In this document: piece after piece, positions 55,778 through 64,000 of the stretch
Numbering within the stretch: position 1 is the first letter of the stretch
Layout of the letters: each line of letters starts with the position of its first letter
Assembly: GCA_965223325.1 (NCBI GenBank)
Contig: CBDCWI010000002.1
Span: 992,001 to 1,056,000, forward strand
Direction of reading: 5' to 3'
Origin: Candidatus Multivoradales bacterium
GTDB lineage: Bacteria; Acidobacteriota; Thermoanaerobaculia; Multivoradales; Multivoraceae
DNA: 64,000 nucleotides
Notes under the pieces: generated by a model
Seen by the model: the letters and a program-made list of their open reading frames with translations, nothing else
What the model was told of the DNA's origin: nothing
Database searches by the model: none
Made by a program: the position numbers and the translations under genes

Positions 55778-56833
55778 CTAGATACGCCCCACCGCCTCTT
55801 CGGCTAGATCCAAGGCCCCGGTGATTCGCCCGCGCATTTCGTCGAGGTCGATGCCCTCGGTGCTCTTCTTGCCCTGGCAGTAGCGCGCGTAGACACCGTG
55901 CAGAATCGCGGCAGTCTTCCAGCGATTGAAGCCCTCGTAGTACGCGAGCTCTGAGAGGTCACGGCCAGTCCGTTCGGCGTAGCGCTCGGCAAGCTCGGAA
56001 CGGGTGGGAAACCCAGAGGCGGCGGTCGGCGCGTCGGCGCCGACAGAAGGATCGCCCTTCTCGCGCGGCCAGATGTTGAGCGCGTAGGCAAGATCGGCGA
56101 GCGGGTCGCCGAGGGTCGAGATCTCCCAATCGACGACCGCCGCGACGATCGAGTCCGGCCCGGTCAGACAGTTGTGGACCCCGTAGTCGCCGTGCACAAC
56201 GCGCGCTGGCCCCTGCTCCGGCAAGTGCTCGAGGAAGTACTCGCGCAGCGCGTGGGCGCGCGGGTCGTCGTACTGGGCCGGCTCCACTGATGCGGTCCAG
56301 GAGCGATACCAGGTCTTGACCTGTCGACCGACGTAGCTGTCACGTTTGCCGAGTTCCCCGAGACCAACCTCGTCTGGATCGACGGCGTGCAGATCGGCGA
56401 GCACATCGATGAACGAGTGCGCCAACTGACGGCGCTTGGCTTCCGGCACCCAGGCCTCGGTCTCGGAACGTGTGTAGAGGGCGCGCCCGTCGACCAACGC
56501 CATGACGTAGAACCAGGCTCCGGTGACCTCCGGGCTCTCGCAGAAGACGATCGCCTCAGGAACCGGCACAGCGGTCTCGCCGAGCGCCGAGATCAGCGCC
56601 CACTCGCGACTCATGTCGTGTGCCTTCGGCAGCAACTTGCCCTGCGGCGGTCGGCGAACAACCGCCGTGCGACCTTGGCCGTCTTCGATGCGATAGGTCA
56701 GGTTCGAATGACCACCCTCGAGCCGAGTCCACTCGAACGGCGGCGTCAGACGGTCGGTGTGTTCCCCGATCCATGCTTCAACCGCCGCTTGATCGTAGCC
56801 CTCCGGGCCCAGGCTTTCGTCGTGTGCACTCAA
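55778..56833 (-). CDS. Phosphotransferase family protein (APH / ACAD10-11 N-terminal-like)
   Basis: 'GGHSNLTY', 'RRPP.G.LLP.AHDM.RE', 'VHGDY', 'VVDWEISTLGDPLADL'. Confidence 0.92.
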   Translation of the reverse strand: MSAHDESLGPEGYDQAAVEAWIGEHTDRLTPPFEWTRLEGGHSNLTYRIEDGQGRTAVVRRPPQGKLLPKAHDMSREWALISALGETAVPVPEAIVFCESPEVTGAWFYVMALVDGRALYTRSETEAWVPEAKRRQLAHSFIDVLADLHAVDPDEVGLGELGKRDSYVGRQVKTWYRSWTASVEPAQYDDPRAHALREYFLEHLPEQGPARVVHGDYGVHNCLTGPDSIVAAVVDWEISTLGDPLADLAYALNIWPREKGDPSVGADAPTAASGFPTRSELAERYAERTGRDLSELAYYEGFNRWKTAAILHGVYARYCQGKKSTEGIDLDEMRGRITGALDLAEEAVGRI

Positions 56834-56923
56834 CGGGTTCTCCCAACTTCTGTGCAGGCAGCGTGATCTGACTTCGGAGGAGACTACCGTGCCGCCTTTG
56901 TCTCCCGAGTGGTCCCGCGCCGG

Positions 56924-58369
56924 TCAGGGACTCTCGAGCAACGTGAACAGCAGGTTGTCGACGAACATCGGTGACCTGGTCAGGCCCAGGTGGTTGGAGA
57001 AGATGAACGTCACGTGCGACCAGTCGACTGGCGACTGCAGGTGCGGCTGCCACTCCCCTCCAATGCGCTCATCCGCCAGCGCGCTGGCGCGGGTGACCGT
57101 ACCGTCACCGGCAGCGGTCTCGGCGCTCTTCAAGCGACCACGGCTGTCGATCGCCAACACCGAGTCGGTTGGCTGGGCGTCTCCCGCGACCAGGTAGAGC
57201 TCGAGGCCTGGCGGCCGCTCGGCAGGTTGATCGAGGGCGGCATTCACCTCTTTAGCACGCTCGAGGAGACGTTCGAGATGAGCCAGCGCCACTTGCCGTC
57301 GCTCCGCCGGATCGTCGATCTCGGGCAGGAGGTGCGCTAAGACCTCGGCTTGCTGTGGATCGGCCAGGCCCCACTCCTGTTGCTTCCACAGCTCGACATC
57401 GTAGAGGTCAGCGGCGGTTTCGGTTCGGCTCCCCGAATCGACGACGGTCTGATGCCGTGTGCGCGGCAGGAGCTGGAAAGGTCCCGGCATCGTGCCGAGC
57501 ATCGCCGCGGGATAGCGGGCAATGAAGGCGGCGGGTTTCCAACCAAACGCCAGCTGCTCGAGCGCCTTGACCGAACCGTGGTTCGGCGCGCCCACCAGGA
57601 TCGCCTTGTCGACAACTTCGGCACCCTTCCAGGTCACCGTTGGCTGCTCTCCTCCTTCCGGCAGAGGCTCATCGCCATAGCGCAGGAAGTAGCGCGCCAG
57701 GAGACCACCCATTGAATGCGCCACAAGATCGAACTGCACGTCTCTGTCGACGTCGTAGCGCTCCTTGAGCTCTCGTTCGACGTAGAGCTTCTTCTCCTCG
57801 ATGAACTGTGCGAGCAGCGCCGCGTTCTCCGCCAGGTCGCGCCGCCAGTCGTAGGCAAACTGAAAGCAGGTGAAGTGATCGTCGCCATAGTCAACCGCAT
57901 CGAAGTAGGTGATCGCCGGGTCGCGATAGCCGCCCGCCCCTAGCGTGCGCAGGATGTTCGAGTAGGCGCGCAGCTCGACCGGAATACCCAGGAGCTTGAC
58001 CTGGACCCGCGACAGGACCTCGGTCGCTTTGACCCCGTCCCGCAGGTTCTCGAGCGGCACCGTCCGGTCGCCCGTCATCGGCAAGGCGATCAGGCGCCGA
58101 CCCGGAGCGGAGCGCGGGTTGGCACTCTTCGCATCAAAGGCACCCCAGACAACAGTGCCAGTCGCTTCGTCCTTCAGCTGGCTCCCCAGAATGCCCGGAA
58201 TCAGAATCACCGGATTGCGTAAATCGTGACCCGACTGAGCGCTCCGATTGTAGAGCGCACCGATCTCGGGACGCCGCGACGACCCACAGCCGACCAGCAG
58301 GAGCGCCAGAAAGAACTGCACGACGACTCGCCAGCCATCGCGGCGCCAACAGAAACGTAGTGTAAACAT
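56924..58369 (-). CDS. Lipase/LCAT-like alpha/beta hydrolase lipoprotein
   Basis: Lipobox LVGC, 'PVILIPGILGSQL', 'YDWRRD', AHSMGG, 'GAPNHGS', 'GDGTV'. Confidence 0.85.
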   Translation of the reverse strand: MFTLRFCWRRDGWRVVVQFFLALLLVGCGSSRRPEIGALYNRSAQSGHDLRNPVILIPGILGSQLKDEATGTVVWGAFDAKSANPRSAPGRRLIALPMTGDRTVPLENLRDGVKATEVLSRVQVKLLGIPVELRAYSNILRTLGAGGYRDPAITYFDAVDYGDDHFTCFQFAYDWRRDLAENAALLAQFIEEKKLYVERELKERYDVDRDVQFDLVAHSMGGLLARYFLRYGDEPLPEGGEQPTVTWKGAEVVDKAILVGAPNHGSVKALEQLAFGWKPAAFIARYPAAMLGTMPGPFQLLPRTRHQTVVDSGSRTETAADLYDVELWKQQEWGLADPQQAEVLAHLLPEIDDPAERRQVALAHLERLLERAKEVNAALDQPAERPPGLELYLVAGDAQPTDSVLAIDSRGRLKSAETAAGDGTVTRASALADERIGGEWQPHLQSPVDWSHVTFIFSNHLGLTRSPMFVDNLLFTLLESP

Positions 58370-58410
58370 CGCGACACGTTACCGCGCCGACAACCAAAGC
58401 CAAGCCCGTC

Positions 58411-58680
58411 AATGCCCGGGCATTCCCCGGGCATTCCCCGGGCGTTTCCCGGGCAATCGACTGGGGTGGTTCTGGGATTTCGCGGGTTTGGAACTGCGCT
58501 GCTCGGACCGCGAGGCGTAGTCGCACACGCGCAAGGATGGACCACTCCCGGGCATTCCCCGGGCGTTTCCCGGGCGTTTCCCGGGCAATCGACTGGGGTG
58601 GTTCTGGGATTTCGCGGGTCAGGGGGCTGTGGCTGCTTTGACCGCGAGGCGTGGTCGCACGCGCGCGAGGATAGACCAGT
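58411..58680. repeat. Tandem duplication (period 132-134 bp), each unit with four 11-bp CCCGGGC-N4 repeats plus a copy of the M1 peptidase 3' end
   Basis: 58415-58487 is nearly identical to 58547-58619, and 58506-58546 is nearly identical to 58640-58680. Perfect palindrome AATGCCCGGGCATT at 58411-58424. Confidence 0.9.
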
Positions 58681-61090
58681 CTGGATTGAAGACCAGCCTC
58701 TGGGGTTCACGGTCGACCGTGATGGTGTGTTCGCCGCTGCCCTCGACCTCGACTAGATGCCACGACGACGCACCGTCTCTGTACTCGACCAGGACCGGCA
58801 GGGCGGCGGTGTGTTGCAGGTACGCATCGGTCTGCTCGACGTCGAGGTCGACCCTCCAGGCCGCTTCGGATACCTGCACTGTCTCGGCGCTCCAGGCATA
58901 GGTGGGGATCTCGGTGCCGTAGACGTAGCGATCGAAGAAGCCTTTCCAGTCGGCTTCGCTCAACAGAGCGAGGCGTTCGCGCAGGAGTTCGGTCGACAAC
59001 TGCCGCCCACCCCTTCCATCGACACCGAGCAGCCCCTTCAAGAGACCCACGAAGGCCTCGTCATCGCCAGTTCGAGCCTTCAGGTGCTGGCGGATCATGT
59101 GCAGAACCAGGGCGCCTTTGCGATAGGTCATCGAACTGTAGGCGGTGGGCGCCTCGGCGGTGGCAGCGCGATAACCATGAGCAATCGGCCCGATGCGTTG
59201 GCGACCAGCTCTGTTGAGGAGGGCGACGCCGGGCCGCGCAAAGGCACCGAATGCCCCTTCGATTGAACCCAACAGTTCATGGGTGTACTGCGCCAGAATG
59301 TCGCGAAACACCCGCCGACCTTCGTCGACTTCGGCTTCGACGTACATCATCGCCGCGTACTCGGCCATCGCCTCCGACAACCACTGGTCACGGTAGGAGG
59401 CCCATCCCACCCCGTGTCCCCACCATTGATGCGCCACCTCGTGTGCGACGAAGAGTTCGACTCGGCCGTGGTAGGCAAAGCCAGGGAACCCGGGTTTCGC
59501 GACAATCAGGTCGTCGAGCTGAACCATGCCCGAGAACGCCTGACCGTGGCGCGAACCGATCATGCCCACCCACAGCTCAGGTGCCGGAATCGGTTGATCG
59601 TAGAGCTCTTCGAGAAAACGCAGGCTGCCGATGACGTGTTCTGACGTCTCCTCGACTCGTGCCCGCGACATGAACCCGCCCTTGGTTCCAAAGACGGTAA
59701 CCGGCGGCAGGCCCGGCTCTTCGAACCGCTTCTGATGAGGTGCACGAGCGAAGACAAAACCGAGCATGCGGCTGGGCTCCTCGCTTTCCCACACCGAGCG
59801 ACGGACAGCCTTCGGACGCAGTCCCGGGCGGCGCTGCTCCCGGTCTTCGACTTCGCGACCCGGGCCGATGGCGTCGTAGTCGGAACGCAGGGTGAGTGCG
59901 ACGCGCCCGGTATGCGGCTGCTCGTGCATACCGCGTGGGCGCGGATACCAGGTCAGGCCGGGGGCGTAGCCGGGGAGCTCCAGTTCGTAGGTCACCTCGA
60001 GCTCGACCGCCTGACCGCCCTGCAGCGGCTCATCGAGCAACACCACAAAACCCGGGTTGGCAAACCGGTCGGTAAGGGAAGCATCGAGCGTGCCGACCGG
60101 ATAGCGCAGGAACGAGAGCGGTGTGTCGCCGCGCTGGACGGACTCGATGCGCGCCAGTGGATGCATCACCAGCTCCAGCGCCGCGGTGCCGGTCTTCCTC
60201 GCACGCAGGCGAACAGTGGTTTCGAACTGTCCGTTCATGGGGTAGGACTGGCCCAGACCCTGCGCACCGCCAACTCCGCGACGGGCGGCGCGCGTGAGAT
60301 CGACTTCCGCGTCGACGTGTTCGAGCACCACCCGGCTCGACTCGACACCCAATGGCCGCCCGTCAGGCCGGCGTTCGTCAGCGCGATCGAGGCTCAGCCA
60401 ACTCTCCAGCACTCCGAAGCGACCGTGCTTCGAGAAGTGCATCAGGTCGACCTCTTCGATCAAGGTGGCGTCGAACTGAAACGTCAGCCAGCCGAAGTCG
60501 TGGCTTTCGAGGTCGGCGCGCAGGTAACGGTCCCCAAGGTTCCCAAGACCCGCAATGACACGCGCGCTGGCATCGTGTTGGTGGGTCAGCAACCAACGCT
60601 GGTGCCGGCTCCTGGCCACTCGATGGACCGTACTTGACTTTTTTTGCGTCTCTTCTGCGAGCGCAGCGAGAAGATCGACGACTTCGCGGTTCGAAGAACG
60701 AAGCACCAGACGATCGAACGACTGGTCGATTTCCTCCATCTCGCGGTCGCGCGCGAAACGTCGCAACTGACGCAGCTCGACCGCGTCGGGGACCTGCATT
60801 TCAAAGCGCCCCTTGCCCTCGAAGACGACTCCGGTGAACGCCCCGCTGCCGGTCGGTTCGAGCAGCCAGACCTCACCACCAGCAAGCGTAAACCGCGCCG
60901 AATCAACCTCCCAGACGATACCCTCTTCCGGTACCAGCACCGGGCCGAGGTAGCGCTGTTCCTTCCACATCTCCCAGTCGGCGAGACCGGGAGGATCGGC
61001 CGCGAAGGACGCCGTTGAAACGCCGCCGACCAGAAGAAGCAAGCCGGCCGCCCCAAAAACCCTCGCCTTCGCGCTGGCCCGGGTCACCAT
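58619..61090 (-). CDS. Secreted M1-family (gluzincin) metalloaminopeptidase
   Basis: Signal peptide, 'GQAF.G', HEVAHQWWG..WLSEAMAEY, 'YRKGALVLHM', 'FFDRYVYGTEIP'. Confidence 0.9.
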   Translation of the reverse strand: MVTRASAKARVFGAAGLLLLVGGVSTASFAADPPGLADWEMWKEQRYLGPVLVPEEGIVWEVDSARFTLAGGEVWLLEPTGSGAFTGVVFEGKGRFEMQVPDAVELRQLRRFARDREMEEIDQSFDRLVLRSSNREVVDLLAALAEETQKKSSTVHRVARSRHQRWLLTHQHDASARVIAGLGNLGDRYLRADLESHDFGWLTFQFDATLIEEVDLMHFSKHGRFGVLESWLSLDRADERRPDGRPLGVESSRVVLEHVDAEVDLTRAARRGVGGAQGLGQSYPMNGQFETTVRLRARKTGTAALELVMHPLARIESVQRGDTPLSFLRYPVGTLDASLTDRFANPGFVVLLDEPLQGGQAVELEVTYELELPGYAPGLTWYPRPRGMHEQPHTGRVALTLRSDYDAIGPGREVEDREQRRPGLRPKAVRRSVWESEEPSRMLGFVFARAPHQKRFEEPGLPPVTVFGTKGGFMSRARVEETSEHVIGSLRFLEELYDQPIPAPELWVGMIGSRHGQAFSGMVQLDDLIVAKPGFPGFAYHGRVELFVAHEVAHQWWGHGVGWASYRDQWLSEAMAEYAAMMYVEAEVDEGRRVFRDILAQYTHELLGSIEGAFGAFARPGVALLNRAGRQRIGPIAHGYRAATAEAPTAYSSMTYRKGALVLHMIRQHLKARTGDDEAFVGLLKGLLGVDGRGGRQLSTELLRERLALLSEADWKGFFDRYVYGTEIPTYAWSAETVQVSEAAWRVDLDVEQTDAYLQHTAALPVLVEYRDGASSWHLVEVEGSGEHTITVDREPQRLVFNPDWSILARVRPRLAVKAATAP

Positions 61091-61129
61091 CTCAAGCCTC
61101 CTCGGGCGGTTGCGATGCGTGCGGCCGAC

Positions 61130-61828
61130 TCACGATTCCTTCGCCGCTCCGTCGTCATCGAAGCCAACGAAGGTCACCACCTCCGCGACCGCTCGGCGCC
61201 TCGACACCACCGCGTTAGCCGGAAAGCTGTCATCGGGATAGCCCATCGCGACACAGATCATGATCACCTGGTCATCCGGGATCCCGGCATGTTCCCGCAC
61301 CACCGGTGACTGCATGATTCCCTGACTGTTGATCACACAGCCCAACCCCTTAGACCAGGCCGCGTTGACTAACGCATTGGTAACCGCACCAGCATCGAAG
61401 GGCGCAATATCGGAACCTTCGAGCGCCCGGTCGTACGTCACGACGATCGAAACCGGCGCATCGAACTGCCGAAAACCCCGCAACACCCAGTCTTGCCGCG
61501 CTTCTTTGTCGTGGCGTTCGATTCCCATCGCCTGAAACAACTGCACCGCGATCTCGATCTGTCGTTCGCGGTGGACACCGACGTAGGGCCCGAGGGTTCG
61601 AAACTCGCGCGAGTGAGGCACGCCTGCCAGGTTGCGTTCGGTATTGCCGGCACGAATGCGATCGAGGGGCTCGCCCGCGAGCACAAAGAAGTGCCAGGGT
61701 TGCGTGTTCATCGACGACGGCGCGCGTGTGGCGAGCCTGAGGACCTCCTCGATGACCGAACGCGGCACCGGGTCGGGCTTGTAGCCTCGAATGCTGCGCC
61801 GGCCCAAGACAACTTCGTCGTACTGCAA
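61130..61828 (-). CDS. Nitroreductase family protein
   Basis: 'RRSIRGYK', 'APSSMNTQPW', 'QFDAP', 'GYPD'. TTG61828 follows GGAGG (alternative start ATG61840). Confidence 0.92.
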   Translation of the reverse strand: MQYDEVVLGRRSIRGYKPDPVPRSVIEEVLRLATRAPSSMNTQPWHFFVLAGEPLDRIRAGNTERNLAGVPHSREFRTLGPYVGVHRERQIEIAVQLFQAMGIERHDKEARQDWVLRGFRQFDAPVSIVVTYDRALEGSDIAPFDAGAVTNALVNAAWSKGLGCVINSQGIMQSPVVREHAGIPDDQVIMICVAMGYPDDSFPANAVVSRRRAVAEVVTFVGFDDDGAAKES

Positions 61829-61955
61829 TGAAACCTCCATGCTCGCCCCACGCCTTGGAGGCGTCTAAACACTGTCGAAGACTCGAGAAGATGTTAGCGC
61901 CAAGCTGCCCTGTAGCCTCTGGGACCGAATCCACTCACCAACGAGGAACCGCTCC

Positions 61956-62588
61956 ATGATCAAAGTCCACCATCTCATTGTCGGCCGCTCGGTCTTCACC
62001 GTCTGGTTGATCGAAGAACTCGGCCTGGACTACGAGCTCGAGATCTACGAGCGACTCGACACCGGCCGCGCACCTGCCACCCTGCGCGATGCACACCCTC
62101 TCGGCAAGTCGCCGGTGATCGAAGACGACGGCCGGGTGATCGCCGAATCGGGCGCCATCGCCACCTACCTCCTCGAGCGCTATGACCCCGAGAACCGCCT
62201 CGGCCCTGCGCGTACCGACCTCGACGCCTGGGTTCCCTTCATCCAGTGGCTGCACTACCCCGAAGGTTCTGCCTTTGTGCCCTTCTTCCTCAACCTGCTG
62301 GGTATGCGCAGCGGCGACACGCTAGGGCCGGTGATGGCAAGCTTCGCGACCGCTGAAGCCACCCTCCACCTGGGTTACATCGCCGATGGGCTGGGAGAGA
62401 AGCCCTACATCCTCGGCGACTTTTCTGCCGCCGACATCGGCCTCGGCTACATCGCGAGTCTCGTCGACCGCCTGTCGCTGCTCGACTCCAACGAGCATGG
62501 CGGACCGTTCCCCTCCATCAAGGCCTATCTCGAACGACTCCAGGCGCGGCCGGCCTTCCAGCGCGCCTGGGAACGCACCGGAGGCTGA
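61956..62588 (+). CDS. Glutathione S-transferase family protein
   Basis: 'WLIEELGLDYE', 'HPLGKSPVIED..IAESGAI..YL', 'FSAADI', 'RPAFQRA'. Confidence 0.93.
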   Translation: MIKVHHLIVGRSVFTVWLIEELGLDYELEIYERLDTGRAPATLRDAHPLGKSPVIEDDGRVIAESGAIATYLLERYDPENRLGPARTDLDAWVPFIQWLHYPEGSAFVPFFLNLLGMRSGDTLGPVMASFATAEATLHLGYIADGLGEKPYILGDFSAADIGLGYIASLVDRLSLLDSNEHGGPFPSIKAYLERLQARPAFQRAWERTGG

Positions 62589-62598
62589 GGGGCGTCCG

Positions 62599-64000
62599 TC
62601 AGTCTTCTTCGGGTGTCGCGACGGCACGTGCGGGGGCGAGGGTTGAAAGCCACGCCGCCACCCGTCGGCGTTGGGCTCCCCGGCTGCTGCTGTCGCGTTC
62701 CTGCAGATAGGCGAAGAAGACCGGCTGCCGGCCTCGGCGTGAGATTCCGGCCAGGGCAACCGTGTCTTCGAGCGTGCCAGTCTTGGCGCGCACCGACGGC
62801 ATCGGCGGCCACGACGCAAGGGTTCCGGTGCGCGAGCCCGGTAGCGCCGAAAAAAGCGACGCCCGCCACGGCTGATCGTAGCTCCAGGCGATCACTGCAA
62901 CCACCGTGCGCGGTGTCACGACGTTGCGCAACCCGAGGCCCGAACCGTCTTCGAGCTCGAAGCTGTCACGTTCTACACCGACCTCCTCTTCGAGCCACGC
63001 GGCCATTGCATCGAGCGACAGATCGAGGCGACCCTCGCCGGCGGTCGCCAGACCGAGTTGTCGAAGCAGCATGTCCGCCAGCCAGTTGTCGCTGCGCGTG
63101 AGAACCGGAACCAGGAGGTCGGCGAGCGGTGGCGACTGCATGAAGGCGAGAACGACTCCGGCGCGCGTCGCCGCACCGTCTTCGACGCGCGTCCCACCAG
63201 TGATCGCGATTCCAGCCGCCTCGAGCTCAGCGCGCACAACCCGCAGCGCCTGCAGGTCGGGGTTGGGGTGGCTCAAGTTGACGCGAATCGGACCCTCGCT
63301 GATCGGATACTCGCCACGCACGACGATCTCGTCACTTCCCCAGATCGGCAGGAACTCGATCGAGCCCCGCCCTTCGCGATGTTCGCCCACCGTCGTCGAG
63401 CGGTTGCGAATGATCAGGCCGTCAGGCCCCTCGATCACCGCTGGTACACCCAAGCGCTCGCCGGCGGCCAGGCGCACGTTCACGGTGTTGCCATCGACCG
63501 ACAGCGCAGAGACCGGAGTTCCGAGAGACACCGCGACTTCGCTCGCCGAGCGACTCGGCGGGTAGCGCCAACCCGGAACCGCCGCGGTGTCGACAACCAG
63601 ATCCCCTTCGACCCGCCGCACTCCGACCTTCAAGAGTTGCGCTGCCAGCTCCTGCAGCGGTCGCTCCGGGTTCTGCGCGTGGAAGCGGCGGGTGACACTG
63701 GGATCGCCCGCGCCGCGCATGACCAGATCGCCGGCGAGAACTCCCTCGCGTGGCGGTGCCGCTGCCCGCACCTCGGTGACAATGCGGTGCTCGGGCCCGA
63801 GCTCACCGAGAAGCGCAGCTGCAACCAGCAGTTTCTGCACCGAGGCGGGCTTGAAGAGCCGGTCTGCGTCAGAGCTGACCAGGACTTCCCCGCCGTGCGC
63901 AACGGCAAGCACACCGCGACGTCCACGCTCCGCGGTGCCACTTGACTCGTCGTTGGCCAGCCCGGGGGCCACCAGGAGAAGCAGGGCGAACGCAAACGCC
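62599..64000 (-). CDS. dacB: D-alanyl-D-alanine carboxypeptidase/endopeptidase (PBP4, S13); 5' end lies outside the window
   Basis: SxxK 'PASVQK', 'G.GDPS', SxN 'SDN', 'DGSGL', 'AKTGTL'. The frame stays open to the window edge through a hydrophobic signal segment. Confidence 0.9.
   Translation of the reverse strand, partial: AFAFALLLLVAPGLANDESSGTAERGRRGVLAVAHGGEVLVSSDADRLFKPASVQKLLVAAALLGELGPEHRIVTEVRAAAPPREGVLAGDLVMRGAGDPSVTRRFHAQNPERPLQELAAQLLKVGVRRVEGDLVVDTAAVPGWRYPPSRSASEVAVSLGTPVSALSVDGNTVNVRLAAGERLGVPAVIEGPDGLIIRNRSTTVGEHREGRGSIEFLPIWGSDEIVVRGEYPISEGPIRVNLSHPNPDLQALRVVRAELEAAGIAITGGTRVEDGAATRAGVVLAFMQSPPLADLLVPVLTRSDNWLADMLLRQLGLATAGEGRLDLSLDAMAAWLEEEVGVERDSFELEDGSGLGLRNVVTPRTVVAVIAWSYDQPWRASLFSALPGSRTGTLASWPPMPSVRAKTGTLEDTVALAGISRRGRQPVFFAYLQERDSSSRGAQRRRVAAWLSTLAPARAVATPEED

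Noticed and set aside
58411-58680. CRISPR array
   Set aside because: Only two long units, the intervening sequences resemble each other and the adjacent gene rather than being unique spacers, and there are no cas genes.
61130-61828. Nitroreductase as the missing dehydro-F420 reductase (FbiE)
   Set aside because: It lies 36 kb from the F420 cluster and looks like a generic nitroreductase. Nothing in the sequence links it to F420.

Overview
GC-rich bacterial chromosomal window of about 48 densely packed genes. I found no rRNA, tRNA, CRISPR array, integrase or transposase. Several secreted-protein motifs suggest an Acidobacteriota (Thermoanaerobaculia-like) host; this is an inference from remembered family distributions, not proven. 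Main contents: (i) a heme-c-rich stretch at 0.5-14 kb with mono- and pentaheme cytochromes, a 1134-aa secreted LamG-like/CxxCH protein, a cytochrome c + PHM-type copper monooxygenase, and a cytochrome c + PQQ-dehydrogenase-like fusion; (ii) a 166-bp CTAG-bounded MITE with perfect 24-bp terminal inverted repeats, plus an 86-bp partial copy, which together bracket the 1134-aa gene; (iii) a coenzyme F420 biosynthesis cluster (npdG-cofE-cofD-cofC-fbiC) with three F420-type LLM oxidoreductases nearby; (iv) a flavin-dependent halogenase-like gene next to a PvdM-like pseudo-dipeptidase; (v) a TonB receptor/PepSY pair; (vi) a 2252-aa single-chain TamB-POTRA-Omp85 fusion; (vii) ettA, dacB and an M1 peptidase whose 3' end is duplicated in a 132-bp tandem repeat with 11-bp CCCGGG-phased units. 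The strongest candidates for undescribed biology are the F420 cluster in this probable host, the TamB-Omp85 fusion, the heme-fused enzymes and the MITE-bracketed gene. All product calls come from motif recognition by eye, not database searches.
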